Shown here: one piece after another, positions 49,236 through 61,105 of the stretch | How positions within the stretch are numbered: position 1 is the stretch's first letter | Layout of the letters: the number at the start of each line of letters is the position of its first letter | Assembly (NCBI GenBank): GCA_965240325.2 | Contig: OZ251222.1 | Span: 4,092,001-4,156,000 of the forward strand | Length of the DNA stretch: 64,000 nt | Source: Rebecca billardiae RCC1528 | Taxonomy: Eukaryota; Protista; Haptophyta | Direction: 5' to 3' | Made by a program: the position numbers and the translations under genes | The notes under the pieces: model-generated | The model's database searches: none | Seen by the model: the letters and a program-made list of their open reading frames with translations, nothing else | Told to the model about the DNA's origin: nothing

Positions 49236-51062
49236 TCATGCTGCCGGCACATTCGGCGGCCACTTTTTGCTGCGGAGCAGCTTGGCGGTTCGGTCGTGCC
49301 GCTGCGCCGCGCGCGCCTGCGTGAGCTGGCGCTCGCACAAAGGGCGAAGCCGCTCGCGCTGCTTGTCCAGCATGGCGATCAGGTCGACTAGGACGTTCTG
49401 CACGCGCTGCGTCGCCTTGAGCGACATGTCGCTGTAGTGCATCACCACGGCTGCTGCCGCGGCGGCCGGCGCCTCGCCGGCGCTCGCGGGCGCGCCCGCG
49501 CCCGCGGCCGGGAGCGCTTCGGGTGCACTCTCGTCGCGCAGCGCCGTGGCCGCCTTGATGAAGGCGTCGAGCCGTTTGCGCGTCTTCACGGCGTGTATCC
49601 GCAGCCGGCAAGCGACCGCGTACCCGCCGCACGTGTCCACCTTCTCCCCCGCGCCCGTCTCCGCCCCGTCCTCCGCGCCGCCGCACGTCGCGCCGGCCAC
49701 GCCCGCCTCGATGGCCGCGACGCGCGCGGCCAGCTCCGCGTCCAGCTCGGCGAGACGCGTGGCGATCGGCGCCCAGCCGAGCGCGTCATGGTGCCGCGCG
49801 TGCGCGGGGTCGTTCGCCAGCGCCTTGAGCAGCGCGCGCTTGTGCTTGCCCAGCTGCAGCTGCGCCTCCTTGAGCAGCACGGAGCGGTGCGAGGAGAGCA
49901 GCTGCTCGAGCGCGCGCCGCCTGATGCCGTCCAGCTGGTCGGGCAGCACCTGCGCGCCAGGCCGCGCGCGCGGGGCGCGCTGGGCGCGTGGGCGTGCGCC
50001 GCCCCGGCGCGCCCCCCGCCGCCCCGCCGCCCCCGCCGCGCACCTGGTCGTACAGCTGCAGCGCGGAGAGGAAGGAGATGGTGTTGAACACCTCCGCGCT
50101 CACCTCCTGCCCGTTGATCGACGGCGGCGGCGAGCACGCGCACCCGGACTCGTCCGCGCTGGGCATGGGGCGGAGCGGGGAGGACATCGGCGCCGAGCCG
50201 GGGAGGGCGCCCGCCGCCTGCCGCGGCCGCGCACCCGGGCGCACGCGCGCGCGTGGCGGCCGCGTGGTGCGCACGTAACGGCGGCGGCGGCGGTGAGCGC
50301 CGCGCTCGAGCGAGCGCAGAGCCGGCGGCGCGGCGGTGCGCGCGCGCGCACCCATGCACGGTGGCTCTGCATCGCGAGCATCGCGTCGTCGATGGACTGC
50401 GCCGCGCTCAGCGCCGGCTCGTGGATGCGCAGCAGCGAGAGCGACGCGCGGCACAGCACGGTCGCGCCGTCCACCAGCAGCCGGTCCCACACGTCCAGCA
50501 CGAGGTGCAGCGGCAGCTCGCCCACAAAGAGGCACATGATCCACGCGAAGACGAAGGGCTCGAGGGTGAGCGACCAGCGCGCGAGGAGCGGGTTGATCGT
50601 GGGCAGGTACCGCGCGACGAGCTGCGTGAGCACGCTCACCTCCGCCTTGGAGCCGTGCAGCTCGGTCGAGTAGAAGCCGGGCGGCAGGATGTCTTCGACC
50701 AGCAGGCAGAGGAGCCAGAACGCGTCCTCCTCCGGCACGGCGACGAGCAGCAGGCTGACGATGAAGTTGAGGCCCTGGCAGTACCCTCCCTCCGCGTTCC
50801 GCGCGGCGAACGCCGTGAGCACGCGGCCGAGCACCGCCGGCTCCTCGACCGGGATGGGCACGCGCCTCACGTCCTTGTCGATCTGCCGCTGGATGAGCCC
50901 GTCGGCGTCGTCCTGCGAGGCGCGCACGAGCAGCTGCAGGTACGTCTCGCTAGTATCACTCCCGCCCGTGTCAGTCCGCTTCTTCTCAGCCGCGATAGCG
51001 CTCCACCGCTTGCGCCTGCGCTGTGTGTCCGCGGTGGCCGGCGTGGACGAGGCGGAGGACAT
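49236..51062 (-). CDS. Rab-GAP TBC-domain protein; introns 50218-50351 and 49950-50043
   Basis: QIDKDVRR (R finger), GYCQGLNFI (Q finger), EEDAFWLL, VWDRLLVDG. Confidence 0.88.
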
Positions 51063-51205
51063 CGTTCCGCGCAGCCAACCAATCCGGGTTTGGTGCGGCG
51101 TGTTCCGGCCGCGACGCAGCTGCCGGTTCCGGGTGGAGGGTGCGGATCCGGTCTGGGTCGCGGTAGGAGCGGAGGCAGCGCGATGGCAGCGCGGGAAGCG
51201 CACGC

Positions 51206-52630
51206 ATGACGGTAGGGGAGGATATGGGTGTGAACGAGGCGGCCGTGCGATGCCGCCTTTTCGTGCGTCGGCGTCGTCGCGTGCTCCTCTTCGCCGTCGC
51301 TGGAGCGGCGCTCCTCACGCTCCGCGCAATGGTGCTGAGCCTGCCACTCACGTCGACGCGCTCGGACGTGCTGCAACCGCGCGGCGCACCGCGAGCTCCA
51401 CGGGCCGAGGACGTCGGCGTTTCCACCGCCGGCTCAATCGCACCGCCAGCAAGCGAAACGGGCACGAGCACCTCACCCCCCCCCGCTGCCCAAGCCCTTC
51501 TTGAGGCGGCGGCAGTACCTGCGGCAACGCCGGCCGCTGACCTGGTCGGTCAGGGCGTGAGATCGCCGCCGTCCGAGTGCTGGCACTTGCCACGCGCAGC
51601 GCGGCAGCCCCCGTTCAACGAGAACATGGCGTCGATCGTGTGGACGCGCCCACTACAGACGGCGCACGGCCCGCTCGATGACGTTGCGCCGAGCAAGCGC
51701 ACGCGCGAGTGGCCGGACGCGAAGCGTCAGCAGCTGATCGACGCGCTGCCCAGACATGAGGATGCGCGCGCGCAGCGCTTCCGCACCTGCGCCGTGGTGG
51801 GCTCGTCGCCCGAGGCGCTGCTGTACGAGGACGGCGCCGAGATCGACGCGCACGACGCCGTCTTCCGCAGCAACCTCGCGGTCACCGCCGGCTACGAGAA
51901 GTACGTGGGCAACCGGACGACGGTGCGCGTGATCAACCCGGTCGAGAGCCTGAGCCGCGCGCGCAGCAGGCGCGTCGGCGGCCCGCGGCAGGGCGGCGAC
52001 GCGACGATCCTGATCAAGAATCAGGACCCGCCGTCGATCCGCGACCCGTCGGGCGAGCACTCCAAGTTCCTCCGCGAGAAGCTCGAGCGGCGTGAGCACG
52101 GCGAGGAGGAGAGCGCCGACTTCCTCAGCCGGCGGCACATCATGGAGCTGTGCAACTTCATGCTCCTCATGTCGGGCGTGCCGCTCAGCGAGCCCGCGCT
52201 GCGCGGCCTGCACGTGAACCTGACCAAGGTCGGCGCGAGCTTCGGGCGCTTCGCGTCCTCGGGCGAGTGGGGCACGTGGCACCCGATGGGGGGCGGCATC
52301 CCCAAGTACTCGGGCGTGCACTGCTCGACCGGCACCGTGCTGCTCACCGAGGCGCTGCTCGTGTGCGACCGCGTGCGGCTGTACGGCTACCACGTATGCG
52401 ACTGCCCGACGCAGTGCGGCCGCGATCGGATCGCTGACTTCAACCACTACTGGGACACGAAGCCCACGCCCAACTTCGACAAGATGGCGAAGAGGTACGA
52501 GTCGCACATGCGCTACTACCACAAGCTACAGCACGCGTGCGAGTTGGACTTCCACATTGCGCGCCTTGGGCACTGCGACCACCTGCCGAGTGGCACCGGC
52601 CCGAGCAATGGTAATGTGGCCCGTGAGTAG
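51206..52630 (+). CDS. GT29 sialyltransferase-like type II membrane glycosyltransferase
   Basis: TM; L motif CAVVGSS....G.EID.HD.VFR.N.A...GYE..VG.RTT; S motif STG......L..CD.V.LYGY; motif III HYWD. Confidence 0.88.
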   Translation: MTVGEDMGVNEAAVRCRLFVRRRRRVLLFAVAGAALLTLRAMVLSLPLTSTRSDVLQPRGAPRAPRAEDVGVSTAGSIAPPASETGTSTSPPPAAQALLEAAAVPAATPAADLVGQGVRSPPSECWHLPRAARQPPFNENMASIVWTRPLQTAHGPLDDVAPSKRTREWPDAKRQQLIDALPRHEDARAQRFRTCAVVGSSPEALLYEDGAEIDAHDAVFRSNLAVTAGYEKYVGNRTTVRVINPVESLSRARSRRVGGPRQGGDATILIKNQDPPSIRDPSGEHSKFLREKLERREHGEEESADFLSRRHIMELCNFMLLMSGVPLSEPALRGLHVNLTKVGASFGRFASSGEWGTWHPMGGGIPKYSGVHCSTGTVLLTEALLVCDRVRLYGYHVCDCPTQCGRDRIADFNHYWDTKPTPNFDKMAKRYESHMRYYHKLQHACELDFHIARLGHCDHLPSGTGPSNGNVARE

Positions 52631-52822
52631 CTATAGGCGGCGTGATTTTTCAATATATATATAATAAATCTAATACTATTATAATAAATAATGCGCATGT
52701 ATGATGGATATATTCATGTGGAGCAGCGGCAGGGCTTCGGTCCGAGTGCGTCAGCAGGCGGAGTCGGGAGTGCCTAGCCGTCATACGGTACTGGCGTCGT
52801 AGCGGTGAGCAGGCACGCAATT

Positions 52823-52824
<2 letters not shown>

Positions 52825-52878
<54 letters not shown>
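52825..52878. repeat. (AG)n microsatellite
   Basis: Direct reading. Confidence 0.95.
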
Positions 52879-52880
<2 letters not shown>

Positions 52881-53266
52881 ATAGAGCAGAGCAGAGTTAT
52901 ATTGTCGCGCGACGACGATGATACGTCATCGTCTGACGATGATGCATCATATCATATCCGAGACATCACGACCATATGCATCGGCGGTAATCGCCGCGCG
53001 ACGACTGTCGCGCGTCACCGTGACTCGTGAGTTAGTAGCTATAGTCTCAGAGTCAGAATATTCACGGTTGTAAAGCGGCGGGGCGGGCATTGATGCACCG
53101 CATACACAGACAAAATAAGCGCGCGCGTTCATCCGACACGAGGCTCGACACGGCCCACCCCAGACTTGCGAGGCGATTTGCCTGTTTGCCAATGGTGGCA
53201 GCAGGCGCGTCTGAGGAGGCCCCGATGGCCGAGCCAGTCAGACAATACTGCATCCAGCCAAGCCGC

Positions 53267-54580
53267 CTACTCGGGGCACCCATTGGCACGCGCCCAGTGC
53301 AGGATGTGGAGGTTGTCAGAGTGGATCGCGGACTCACACGTCGACTTGTCCCACGGGCACCCATTCTCTCGCGCCCACTTGAGCACTTCGAAGTGGCCAC
53401 CGCCAGCGGCGGCGGCACACGTCCACTGGTCCCACGAGCTCCCAAACTCGCGCGCCCAGCGCAGGACGTGCAGGTGGCCCTTGCGCGCGGCCACGCGGCA
53501 GATGTCCGCGCCGTCCCACGGGCAGCCATGCTCGATCGCCCAGCTGAGCACGTCGAGGTGGCCGTTGCGCGCGGCTGCTGCGCACGTGGCCTTGCTCCAG
53601 TCGCACTTGTTCCTCCCGGTGCGCGCCCAGATCAGCACGTGCAGGTGGCCGTGCAGCGCCGCCTCGGTGCACGTCCACGCGCTCCAGCGGGACGGGCAGC
53701 GCTGCGCCGGCTGCGCGCGGATGTAGGAGAGCACGTCCAGGTGGCCGCCGCGAAGCGCGCGCACGAACGCCTGGACGTCCACGGGGCAGTGCTGGTCGAG
53801 CGCCCAGCGGAAGATCTCGAGGTGTCCGTGCGCGGCGGCCATGGTCGTCGTGCAATCGTCCATCGGGCAGCCTTCGAGCACCGCCCACTGCAGCGCCTCG
53901 AGGTGGCCGCCCTGCGCGGCGCTCGCGCACGTGTGGGCGTCCCAGCTGCAGCCTTGCGCGCGCAGCCACTGGAGGACCTCGAGGTGGCCGCCCTCGGCAG
54001 CCGCGGCGCACGCCGCCGTGCCGAGCGGGCAGCCCAGGCCCACCGCCCACTGCAGGAGCTCCAGGTCGCCGTTGCGCGCGATCGCGGTCGCCGTGCTCGC
54101 GTCCCAGCGGCAGCCGTGCGCGCGCGCCCACTTGAGCACATCGCGGTGGCCGCCGCGCGCGGCGGACAGGCAGGTGCGCGCGTCCATCGGGCAGCCGTTC
54201 GCGTGGGCCCACCGCAGCATCTCGAGGTGGCCGTGCGCCGCGGCGGTCGCGCAGAGGGAGGGCTCCCACGTGAGACGGGACTCGCTCAGCATCATCTGCG
54301 CGCACTCGAAGGATCCGCACGCGAACGCCGTCTCGACGAGCCTGCCATCCATGTACGGGGCGTACGCCTCGTCCTTCGCCCAGCGCACCCTCGCACTGCT
54401 GCTCGCAGCTGTGCGAATGGTCGCACGCAGCGGCTTCCCGCAGTGTCGCACGGCGCGCAAAAGCGCTTGGCACGTCAGCGCAAAGCACGTCACGTCGTCC
54501 TCGTGTACGGCCGCTGCCACAACCTGCAATTCGTTCTCGCCGAGGAAGTTGACGAGAGACGGCGCCAACGATCGCAGCAT
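53267..54580 (-). CDS. Ankyrin-like repeat protein (GCPWD..TC..AA..GHL..L.W type) with F-box-like N-terminus
   Basis: More than 10 repeats of ~25 aa; first ATG 54580; intronless. Confidence 0.9.
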   Translation of the reverse strand: MLRSLAPSLVNFLGENELQVVAAAVHEDDVTCFALTCQALLRAVRHCGKPLRATIRTAASSSARVRWAKDEAYAPYMDGRLVETAFACGSFECAQMMLSESRLTWEPSLCATAAAHGHLEMLRWAHANGCPMDARTCLSAARGGHRDVLKWARAHGCRWDASTATAIARNGDLELLQWAVGLGCPLGTAACAAAAEGGHLEVLQWLRAQGCSWDAHTCASAAQGGHLEALQWAVLEGCPMDDCTTTMAAAHGHLEIFRWALDQHCPVDVQAFVRALRGGHLDVLSYIRAQPAQRCPSRWSAWTCTEAALHGHLHVLIWARTGRNKCDWSKATCAAAARNGHLDVLSWAIEHGCPWDGADICRVAARKGHLHVLRWAREFGSSWDQWTCAAAAGGGHFEVLKWARENGCPWDKSTCESAIHSDNLHILHWARANGCPE

Positions 54581-54844
54581 CGCCGTGGTCGGGGGAGCGG
54601 CGGGTCGAACGGGGGGCGTCTCGAAGGGGATCGAGGGCGGACGCGAGATGCCGAACTCGTCTGCCTCTGTCCGTGCTGTTGCTGCGCGGCAAACACTCAA
54701 ACAGTGGGGCAAGGCCCTTGAGGACCGCCCTTGAGATGATGAGTGGGGGCCGCCACGACGTGACCGCGTGAAAGGGTCGGTGCTGTCCGTGCTGTGCTCC
54801 AGTTTCGCGAGGTGACGTGTGTAAAAATAGTAGGCTCTGTACGG

Positions 54845-54901
54845 TACAGTTGATGACTAAGAATAAGAGAGAGACGCACACAGCTTATTATTAGAACTCA
54901 G
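54845..54901 (-). repeat. Dispersed micro-element, diverged copy 4
   Basis: TACAGTTgatgACTAAGAATAAGAGAgagaCGCACACAGCT: core retained with small insertions. Confidence 0.75.
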
Positions 54902-55717
54902 CGCTCGACGCGCCGCGCCGTCAAGGAACGCCAGGCGCGCAAGGCGGCGCGCCTGGCACCGACCGCTGCACCCACGCCAGTCCCTGCTGCCCCGCTCCAC
55001 GAGGACCGAGACTCGCCCCCGGGCGACGACTTGGACGACGAGGAGCTGCCGCAGCAGCGGACGAAGCGCACCCTGGACGACGCCGCAGCGCCAGCCGCCG
55101 CCAGCCAGCCAGCTGGCTCGAGCGGCAAGCGCGTACGCGACCGCCCGGGGAGCACGGGGCAGGTACGACCAGCTGCTACCAGCGGCTGAGACTGCCAGCT
55201 GACATCCGGACCTGCACCATCGCCCTCGCTCGGGGCACAGCAGGGCCATGCGAGCCGCGCAGCGCAGGTGGATCGCGCTCCAGCAGCTCAAGGCCGCGCT
55301 CAAGCTTTACGATCGCGGTGCAGGCTATGCTCTGCCACCAACGCCGACTTCGTGTCGACGATCGGGCACTGCCGCCGACGAATCAGGAGACCCGCGTCGT
55401 CCTACCTGTGTCGTTAAATCATAGAATGAGTCAGGTCACATGCAATCGTAAGACGCAGTCTGATGATCAAGAGTCAAGTGCCATGATTCAACGACAACGG
55501 AGCCCGACTCGGACTTCAGTAATTATCAGTCACACAGTAGTGACGAGCCCGGCGTGCCCGCGTGAACTATCCGGTCGGCGCCTCCGCGGCCGCGCCCGGA
55601 GGCCAGCAGGACGGTTACCAGGTGACAGGTCTCCTGCCCGGAGTGCTGACGCGCGTGGTGACGGCTGACGCCAGCGGGCTGCGGTAGGGACGAGTCACGA
55701 GACCTGAGCACTGTCAA

Positions 55718-56878
55718 CTACATGTATCCTCCGCCCCCACCAAAGGCATCGCCGAAGCCGTCGGTGCGCATGGCCTCGTCCTCGACACCCTTCGCCACCT
55801 CGCGTTGCAGCTGGTTCACCTTCTCGCGCAGCACGTCGACGGCGATCTTGACGATCAGCTGCGGCGGCATGACGCCGGTCGTCTCGACGCAGAAGATGAA
55901 GCGGTTGGGCCGATCGCGGATGCGGACGAGGTCCGGTGCGGTCTGGTCCTTCTCGCGGTGGTAGTCGTTCCACACCTCCGCGAAATACGCCATCCTGCGC
56001 CGCGGCGCGCGGCCGTGCGGGCGCGGCGCGCGGTCAGCGGCGCGCGCGCGCGCCTGGCGCGGCGCGCGGCGCGGCGCGGCTGCGCACTTGTCGAAGAAGT
56101 TTGTGTCGCGCGCCTTCTCCTCGTCCACCGCCTGCGTGTCCACCTCGATCGTGCGCGCGAGCTCGTTGTAGGAGAAGACCTTGCTCGGGCAGTTGCCCGG
56201 CGGCTCGTCGGTGGGCGTATTGACGAACTCGTGCACCTTGTCCACGGGCAGCGCGGCGAGCGCCTCGTCGTTCAGCTCGATCTCGCCGTCCTGCTGCATC
56301 GCCACGGTCGCAGTCGGGTTCCACTTGGCGTGCTCCTTGCCAATGCCCTTGCGCGCGATCGCCTCGATCTTGAGGGCCTGCCCGGTGGCGAGCTTGGCGA
56401 TGACGATCCCGCCGCCGGCTGCCCCACTGAAGTCGTCGTCGACGCCCTCGGCGTCGACGGGCTTCACGCTCTCTACCTCCGTGCGCAGATCTCTCGACGT
56501 CACGTTGCGCCGATAGTCCTCTTGCGAGCGCACGTCCAGCGTGAACCTGACGGAGCAGTTGGGGCACATCTCCATGCACGAGCAGTCGCGAGAGTAGTTG
56601 TACTGCGTGGCCGACTCGCTGCGCAGCGGGATCATCCCGAGCCGGTGCGCGATGTACTCGTCGTGCAGCACGGATGTGTTCTCCTGCACCTCGACCAGGT
56701 CGATCGCGAGCGTCGGCACCTCTGCGATCATCACGCGTCGCAACGAGTTGGCGACCGAGATGTCGACATCTGTCATCATGAAGGTGATCGACTCGTCCGT
56801 CAGGTGGAGCACCTCGACGCCGGGCTCCGTGCCCGGCGCGGCGCGGTACGGCATCGGCGGCGGGTGGTGCGGCGCCAT
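55718..56878 (-). CDS. RPB3: RNA polymerase II subunit RPB3; intron 55995-56087
   Basis: ANSLRRVMIAEVPTLAID, NTSVLHDEYIAHRLGMIPL, CSCMEMCPNCSV, ARKGIGKEHAKWNP, FCVETTG. Confidence 0.96.
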   Translation of the reverse strand: MAPHHPPPMPYRAAPGTEPGVEVLHLTDESITFMMTDVDISVANSLRRVMIAEVPTLAIDLVEVQENTSVLHDEYIAHRLGMIPLRSESATQYNYSRDCSCMEMCPNCSVRFTLDVRSQEDYRRNVTSRDLRTEVESVKPVDAEGVDDDFSGAAGGGIVIAKLATGQALKIEAIARKGIGKEHAKWNPTATVAMQQDGEIELNDEALAALPVDKVHEFVNTPTDEPPGNCPSKVFSYNELARTIEVDTQAVDEEKARDTNFFDKCAAAPRRAPRQARARAADRAPRPHGRAPRRRMAYFAEVWNDYHREKDQTAPDLVRIRDRPNRFIFCVETTGVMPPQLIVKIAVDVLREKVNQLQREVAKGVEDEAMRTDGFGDAFGGGGGYM

Positions 56879-57059
56879 CGTGCACGAGCGAGAGCGCGAA
56901 AGCGCCGCCCTCGTGCACGCTGCCGCACCGGCAGGCGGGCCTTGGTCAGTGCGTCCGGGCAGGTGCAAGGTTGGAGCTTCGTCCGGTGCTGTGGCCAGGC
57001 GATCACGTCCACGCGCATCGTGCCCAGGGCCGGGGCCGCGCTGAGCGCGCGTGACCACC

Positions 57060-58675
57060 ATGAACGCGAAGAAGCGATCGGGCGGCGACCGCGACAAGGC
57101 GGTCGTGCGCGATGAGCGCTTCGCACGCCTGCACACGGACCCTCGCTTCGTGCGCTTCCCCAAGCAGAAGAACAAGGTCAAGGTGGACGAGCGCTTCAAG
57201 GCGATGTTTGAGGACGACGACTTCAAGTCGCGCACGCGCGTGGACAAGTACGGGCGCAAGCTGCAGCCAAAGTCGGACGACGAGCTCATCCGCAAGTTCT
57301 ACGACCTTGAGGACGACGAGGACGACGAGGACGACGAGCCCGCCCACGCGCGCGCAGCCGACGAGGCCGAGGTTGAGGGCGAGGAGTCGGCCGAGGACGA
57401 CGAGCTCGACGACGACGAGGCGCTGCTCGCGCTGCACGAGGGCGACGACGAGGACCCGGCGGCGAAGCCGCGCGAGGCCAAGCGCAAGCCGAAGCGCGTC
57501 GTCGACCGCTCGCGCGGCATCGGCGTCTCCGACTCGTCCTCCTCCGAGTCGGAGGACGACGGGCCGCTGCCGCAGGACGAGGCGGTCGAGCAGGACGGCG
57601 CGCTTGTGCGCTGGCTCGACGCGAGCGCGGAGCCGGGGCTCGAGCTGGAGGAGGCGACGTCGCGGCTGGCTGTGCTCAACTGCGACTGGGACCACGTGAG
57701 CGCCGCCGACATCTTCGTCCTGCTCTCCTCCTTCGTCCCCTCGGGCGGGCGGCTGCGCCGCGTGACCGTCTACCCGTCCGCGTTTGGGCGCGAGCGCATG
57801 GCGCGCGAGGCCGTGAGCGGGCCGGAGCTGCGCGCGCGCGCGGAGGCGGCCTCGGCCGCGCGGGCGAGCGGCGACGGTGGGCCTGCCGCCGACGAGGACG
57901 ACGACGCCGACGGCGGCGTCGACGAGCAGCGCCTCCGCGAGTACGAGCTGAGCAGGCTGCGGTACTTCTACGCGATCGCCGAGCTGGACGACGCGGAGAC
58001 GGCGGCTGCCGTGTACGAACAGTGCCAGGGCGCGCAGTTCGAGGCGAGCTCGATGGTGATCGAGTGCCAGTACGTGCCGGACGAGACGAGCTTCGAGGGC
58101 GACGAGGTCCGCGACGCGGCGACCGAGATCCCACCCAACTACGCCGCGCCCACCTTCGCCACCAAGGCGCTGCAGCAGTCGCGCGTCGAGCTGACTTGGG
58201 ACGCGGAGGACGCGCGGCGCAAGAAGGTGATGCAGCGCGACTTCAGCAAGGCCAAGGACGCGCTGCGCGAGGACGACTTCAAGGCGTACCTCGCGTCGTC
58301 GTCCTCGGAGGAGGAGGAGGAGGAGGAGGACGAAGTGGACGAGGAGGACGGCGCCGCGCCGCGCAAGCGCAACGCCGCCGCTCGGCGCTCCGCACTGGCC
58401 GGCGCGCTCGGCGCCGCGCGCGAGAGCGCAGCGGCCGGAGACGAGCGCGCGCGCTCGCGCTCGCACGCGGCTGGCGGCGAGATGGAGATCTCGTTCGTGC
58501 CGCAGCAGGAGGATGCGCAGGCGCGGGGAGGCGGCGCGCGCGCGGACGAGACGGTGTGGGAGGCGCGCCAGCGCGTGCGGCGCGAGAAGCGCCTGCTCGC
58601 CAGGGCGCAGCGGAAGCGTGGCGCGACAGCGCCGACAGCGGACGACAACGCTGCCGGCGCGGCCGCCGGCTCTGA

Positions 58676-58709
<34 letters not shown>

Positions 58710-59034
58710 TTCGGACATTACGACGTGGCCGCGCCGGCGCGTGGACGGCGGCGGTCCGGGCGCGGGGGCAGCGAGAACGAGAGCGACGAGCCCGACGACG
58801 ACGACGGCGAGTCCTTCTTCCTCGGCGGCGGTGGCGGCAGCGGCGGCCGCAAGGCGGCCCGCGCGCGCGGCCTGGAGCCAGCCGAGCCGGGCGACTTGGC
58901 CGCCAAGGCCGCGCGCCGCGCGGCCAAGAAGCGCAAGCGCGGCGCGCGCGCGGACGGCGACGACGCGGCGGGCGCGCAGCCGAGCGCAAGCGACGCGAAG
59001 AAGCGCGCCGAGCTCGAGCTGCTCACGATGGGCG

Positions 59035-59071
<37 letters not shown>

Positions 59072-59675
59072 GTTCTGGGGCGGCGACGAGGAGGCGGAGC
59101 GACACTACGACCTGGGCGCGCTGCTCAAGCACGCGGCCGCGTCGGGGCGCAAGGGCAAGAAGCGGGGCAAGCGCGGCGCGCGGGGCGAGGAGGAGATGCC
59201 GCCGGCGGACGGGGACCCGTTCCGGATGGACATGGCCGACCCGCGCTTTGCCGCCCTGCGCGAGTCTGCGGACTTCGCCATCGACCCGACCGATGCGCAG
59301 TACAAGCGCACGCTGGGTACGCGCGCGGGGCGAGCGCGTGCGCGCGCCGCTCCCGGTGGCGAAGCCTGCGCGGTGTGCCGCGCAACGCACTGTCAAGAGC
59401 GCTCACAGCGCTCCTCGCGCCCCATCGCGCCCACTGCCCGCGGCGCGCACGCAGGCATGGAGCAGCTGCGGCGCAAGCTCTCGCGCGACGTCGTAGCCAG
59501 CAGGGTCGGCGCCGCCCGACGAGACGACGGGCGGGGCTCGCGCGGGGATCATGCCGAGGCTGGCACCGGCGGCGATGCAAGTGCCGCGCACGCGACGAGC
59601 TCGCTCCGCACGCTTGCCCAATCCGTCAAGAAAAAGGCGCACGCGCGCGGGAAGAGGAGCGCGACGCAGGCTTAG
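57060..59675 (+). CDS. ESF1: Pre-rRNA-processing protein ESF1; intron 59317-59454
   Basis: D.RF..L..DPRF, VDKYGR, TSRLAVLNCDWDHV.A.D, V.VYPS.FG.ERM, LREYE..RLRYFYA, VELTWD, NUC153-like D.RF.A......FAIDPT. Confidence 0.93.
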
Positions 59676-59961
59676 ATCGAGCGCACTATTTGCTGAGCTG
59701 TGACAGTGCGCAGAGTCATATTATTAATAATTATTATCAACGGTGCCTGCGCACGGTGTCCGTCCGGACTCGGCGGACTCCGGAGTCGTCACAATCAGGC
59801 GGCAAACTGTGCTGCTGTTACTTATATATAGCAGGAGTGTGTATATATATATAGCAGCGCAGTGCAGTCATTGATCATTGTCGTCGACGACCGTTAGTAT
59901 TATCACTCCGCCTCAGTAGGCGCCTCAGGTCCCCCGGGACTCACTGAGTCAGTCACTGGAG

Positions 59962-60912
59962 TCAGGCGTCTATGGCCGCGCGACTCCCGAAACGCCAAGC
60001 GGGCCCGCCGGGGCGCTTCCGATCAGGACGGCTCTCAGCCCAGTTGTCCCCGCCACCCTTCCCACCGCCAGTTTGAGGCGCGCTCTTCCCACCACCACTG
60101 AAGCCACCAGCCCCCCGGCGGTGTCTGCTGCCGCCAGTGTACCGCTCCTTGCTCAGTGTGATCGTCCTGTTGACCTGCCCCGGGGTGAGCCTGAGTCCAA
60201 AGTGGCTCGCAATGCGTCTGACGAGGGGGTCGGGCCTCAGGAACAGGTCCGGCGTGTGCACCACGAGAATCCGCCCTGGGGATTCGCGTCCAACCATTTC
60301 GGCGAATGCCAGCCAGCGCTCCGAAAACCTCTGCAGGGCTGCGAGCTTGTCCAGCGCCGCCTCCTCCAGGTCCTGCTTCGGCCGCGGGTACGTCTCGAAC
60401 TTGTGAATGAGCGGAGCGTGACGCGTGTACGCCGCGGCAGCATCAAGCGCGTTACGGAGCAGCAACACGACTCGGGCGCCCCGATCCTCGCGCAAAGCGG
60501 CCCCCAGCACAGCGATGTTGCTCGGCGTAGGCGTGAGGTGTTGCTTGTAGATGGTGTCCCTGCTTTTCACCAGCCCAGCGAGCCGCTCCATATTCCAGGA
60601 GCACGTGTCCGTGTGCGGCAGCGATAAGTATATGAAGTCTTCAGCCGACTTAGCGGCAGCACGCCCATGCACGAAGCTCGCCCTCAGCTTGTCCTGCAGC
60701 CACTCGCACGGGTACAGCTGCGTGCTGTTTGTGCGTGTCGCCGCCCCCAGGGTGGTCATCAGCGCAGTGGATCCTGATTTGGGCATAGCCACGATCAGGT
60801 ACGCATGCACAGTCCACCCATCACTCGCCGCTGCCGCCACGATCAGCGCCATGAGGCCGGGACACCATCGCACCCTTGGTCGCGCGCGCGTGGGCGGGGG
60901 AGCCGTCGACAT
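59962..60912 (-). CDS. Sulfotransferase-family protein with signal anchor
   Basis: IVAMPKSGSTAL PAPS loop, KQH, VLLLRNALD...AY, DL...P...V.RI..HFG. Confidence 0.75.
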   Translation of the reverse strand: MSTAPPPTRARPRVRWCPGLMALIVAAAASDGWTVHAYLIVAMPKSGSTALMTTLGAATRTNSTQLYPCEWLQDKLRASFVHGRAAAKSAEDFIYLSLPHTDTCSWNMERLAGLVKSRDTIYKQHLTPTPSNIAVLGAALREDRGARVVLLLRNALDAAAAYTRHAPLIHKFETYPRPKQDLEEAALDKLAALQRFSERWLAFAEMVGRESPGRILVVHTPDLFLRPDPLVRRIASHFGLRLTPGQVNRTITLSKERYTGGSRHRRGAGGFSGGGKSAPQTGGGKGGGDNWAESRPDRKRPGGPAWRFGSRAAIDA

Positions 60913-61105
60913 CCTGATTCCTGATCCTCTCCCAACCGGATTGCATGGTGATTTGACGAGATTTGAGATTTCCGCCCGTTGATTTCGTCATCGGTCGTCA
61001 CTCGTCAGTGTCCGGCGCGCACGGGTGGTGCGCACGCGCGGCTGGAGCGCACTCCACAGCAGCTTCAAGCTGCAGCTGCTCCACGCGTCCGCCTCTCCGG
61101 GCGAC

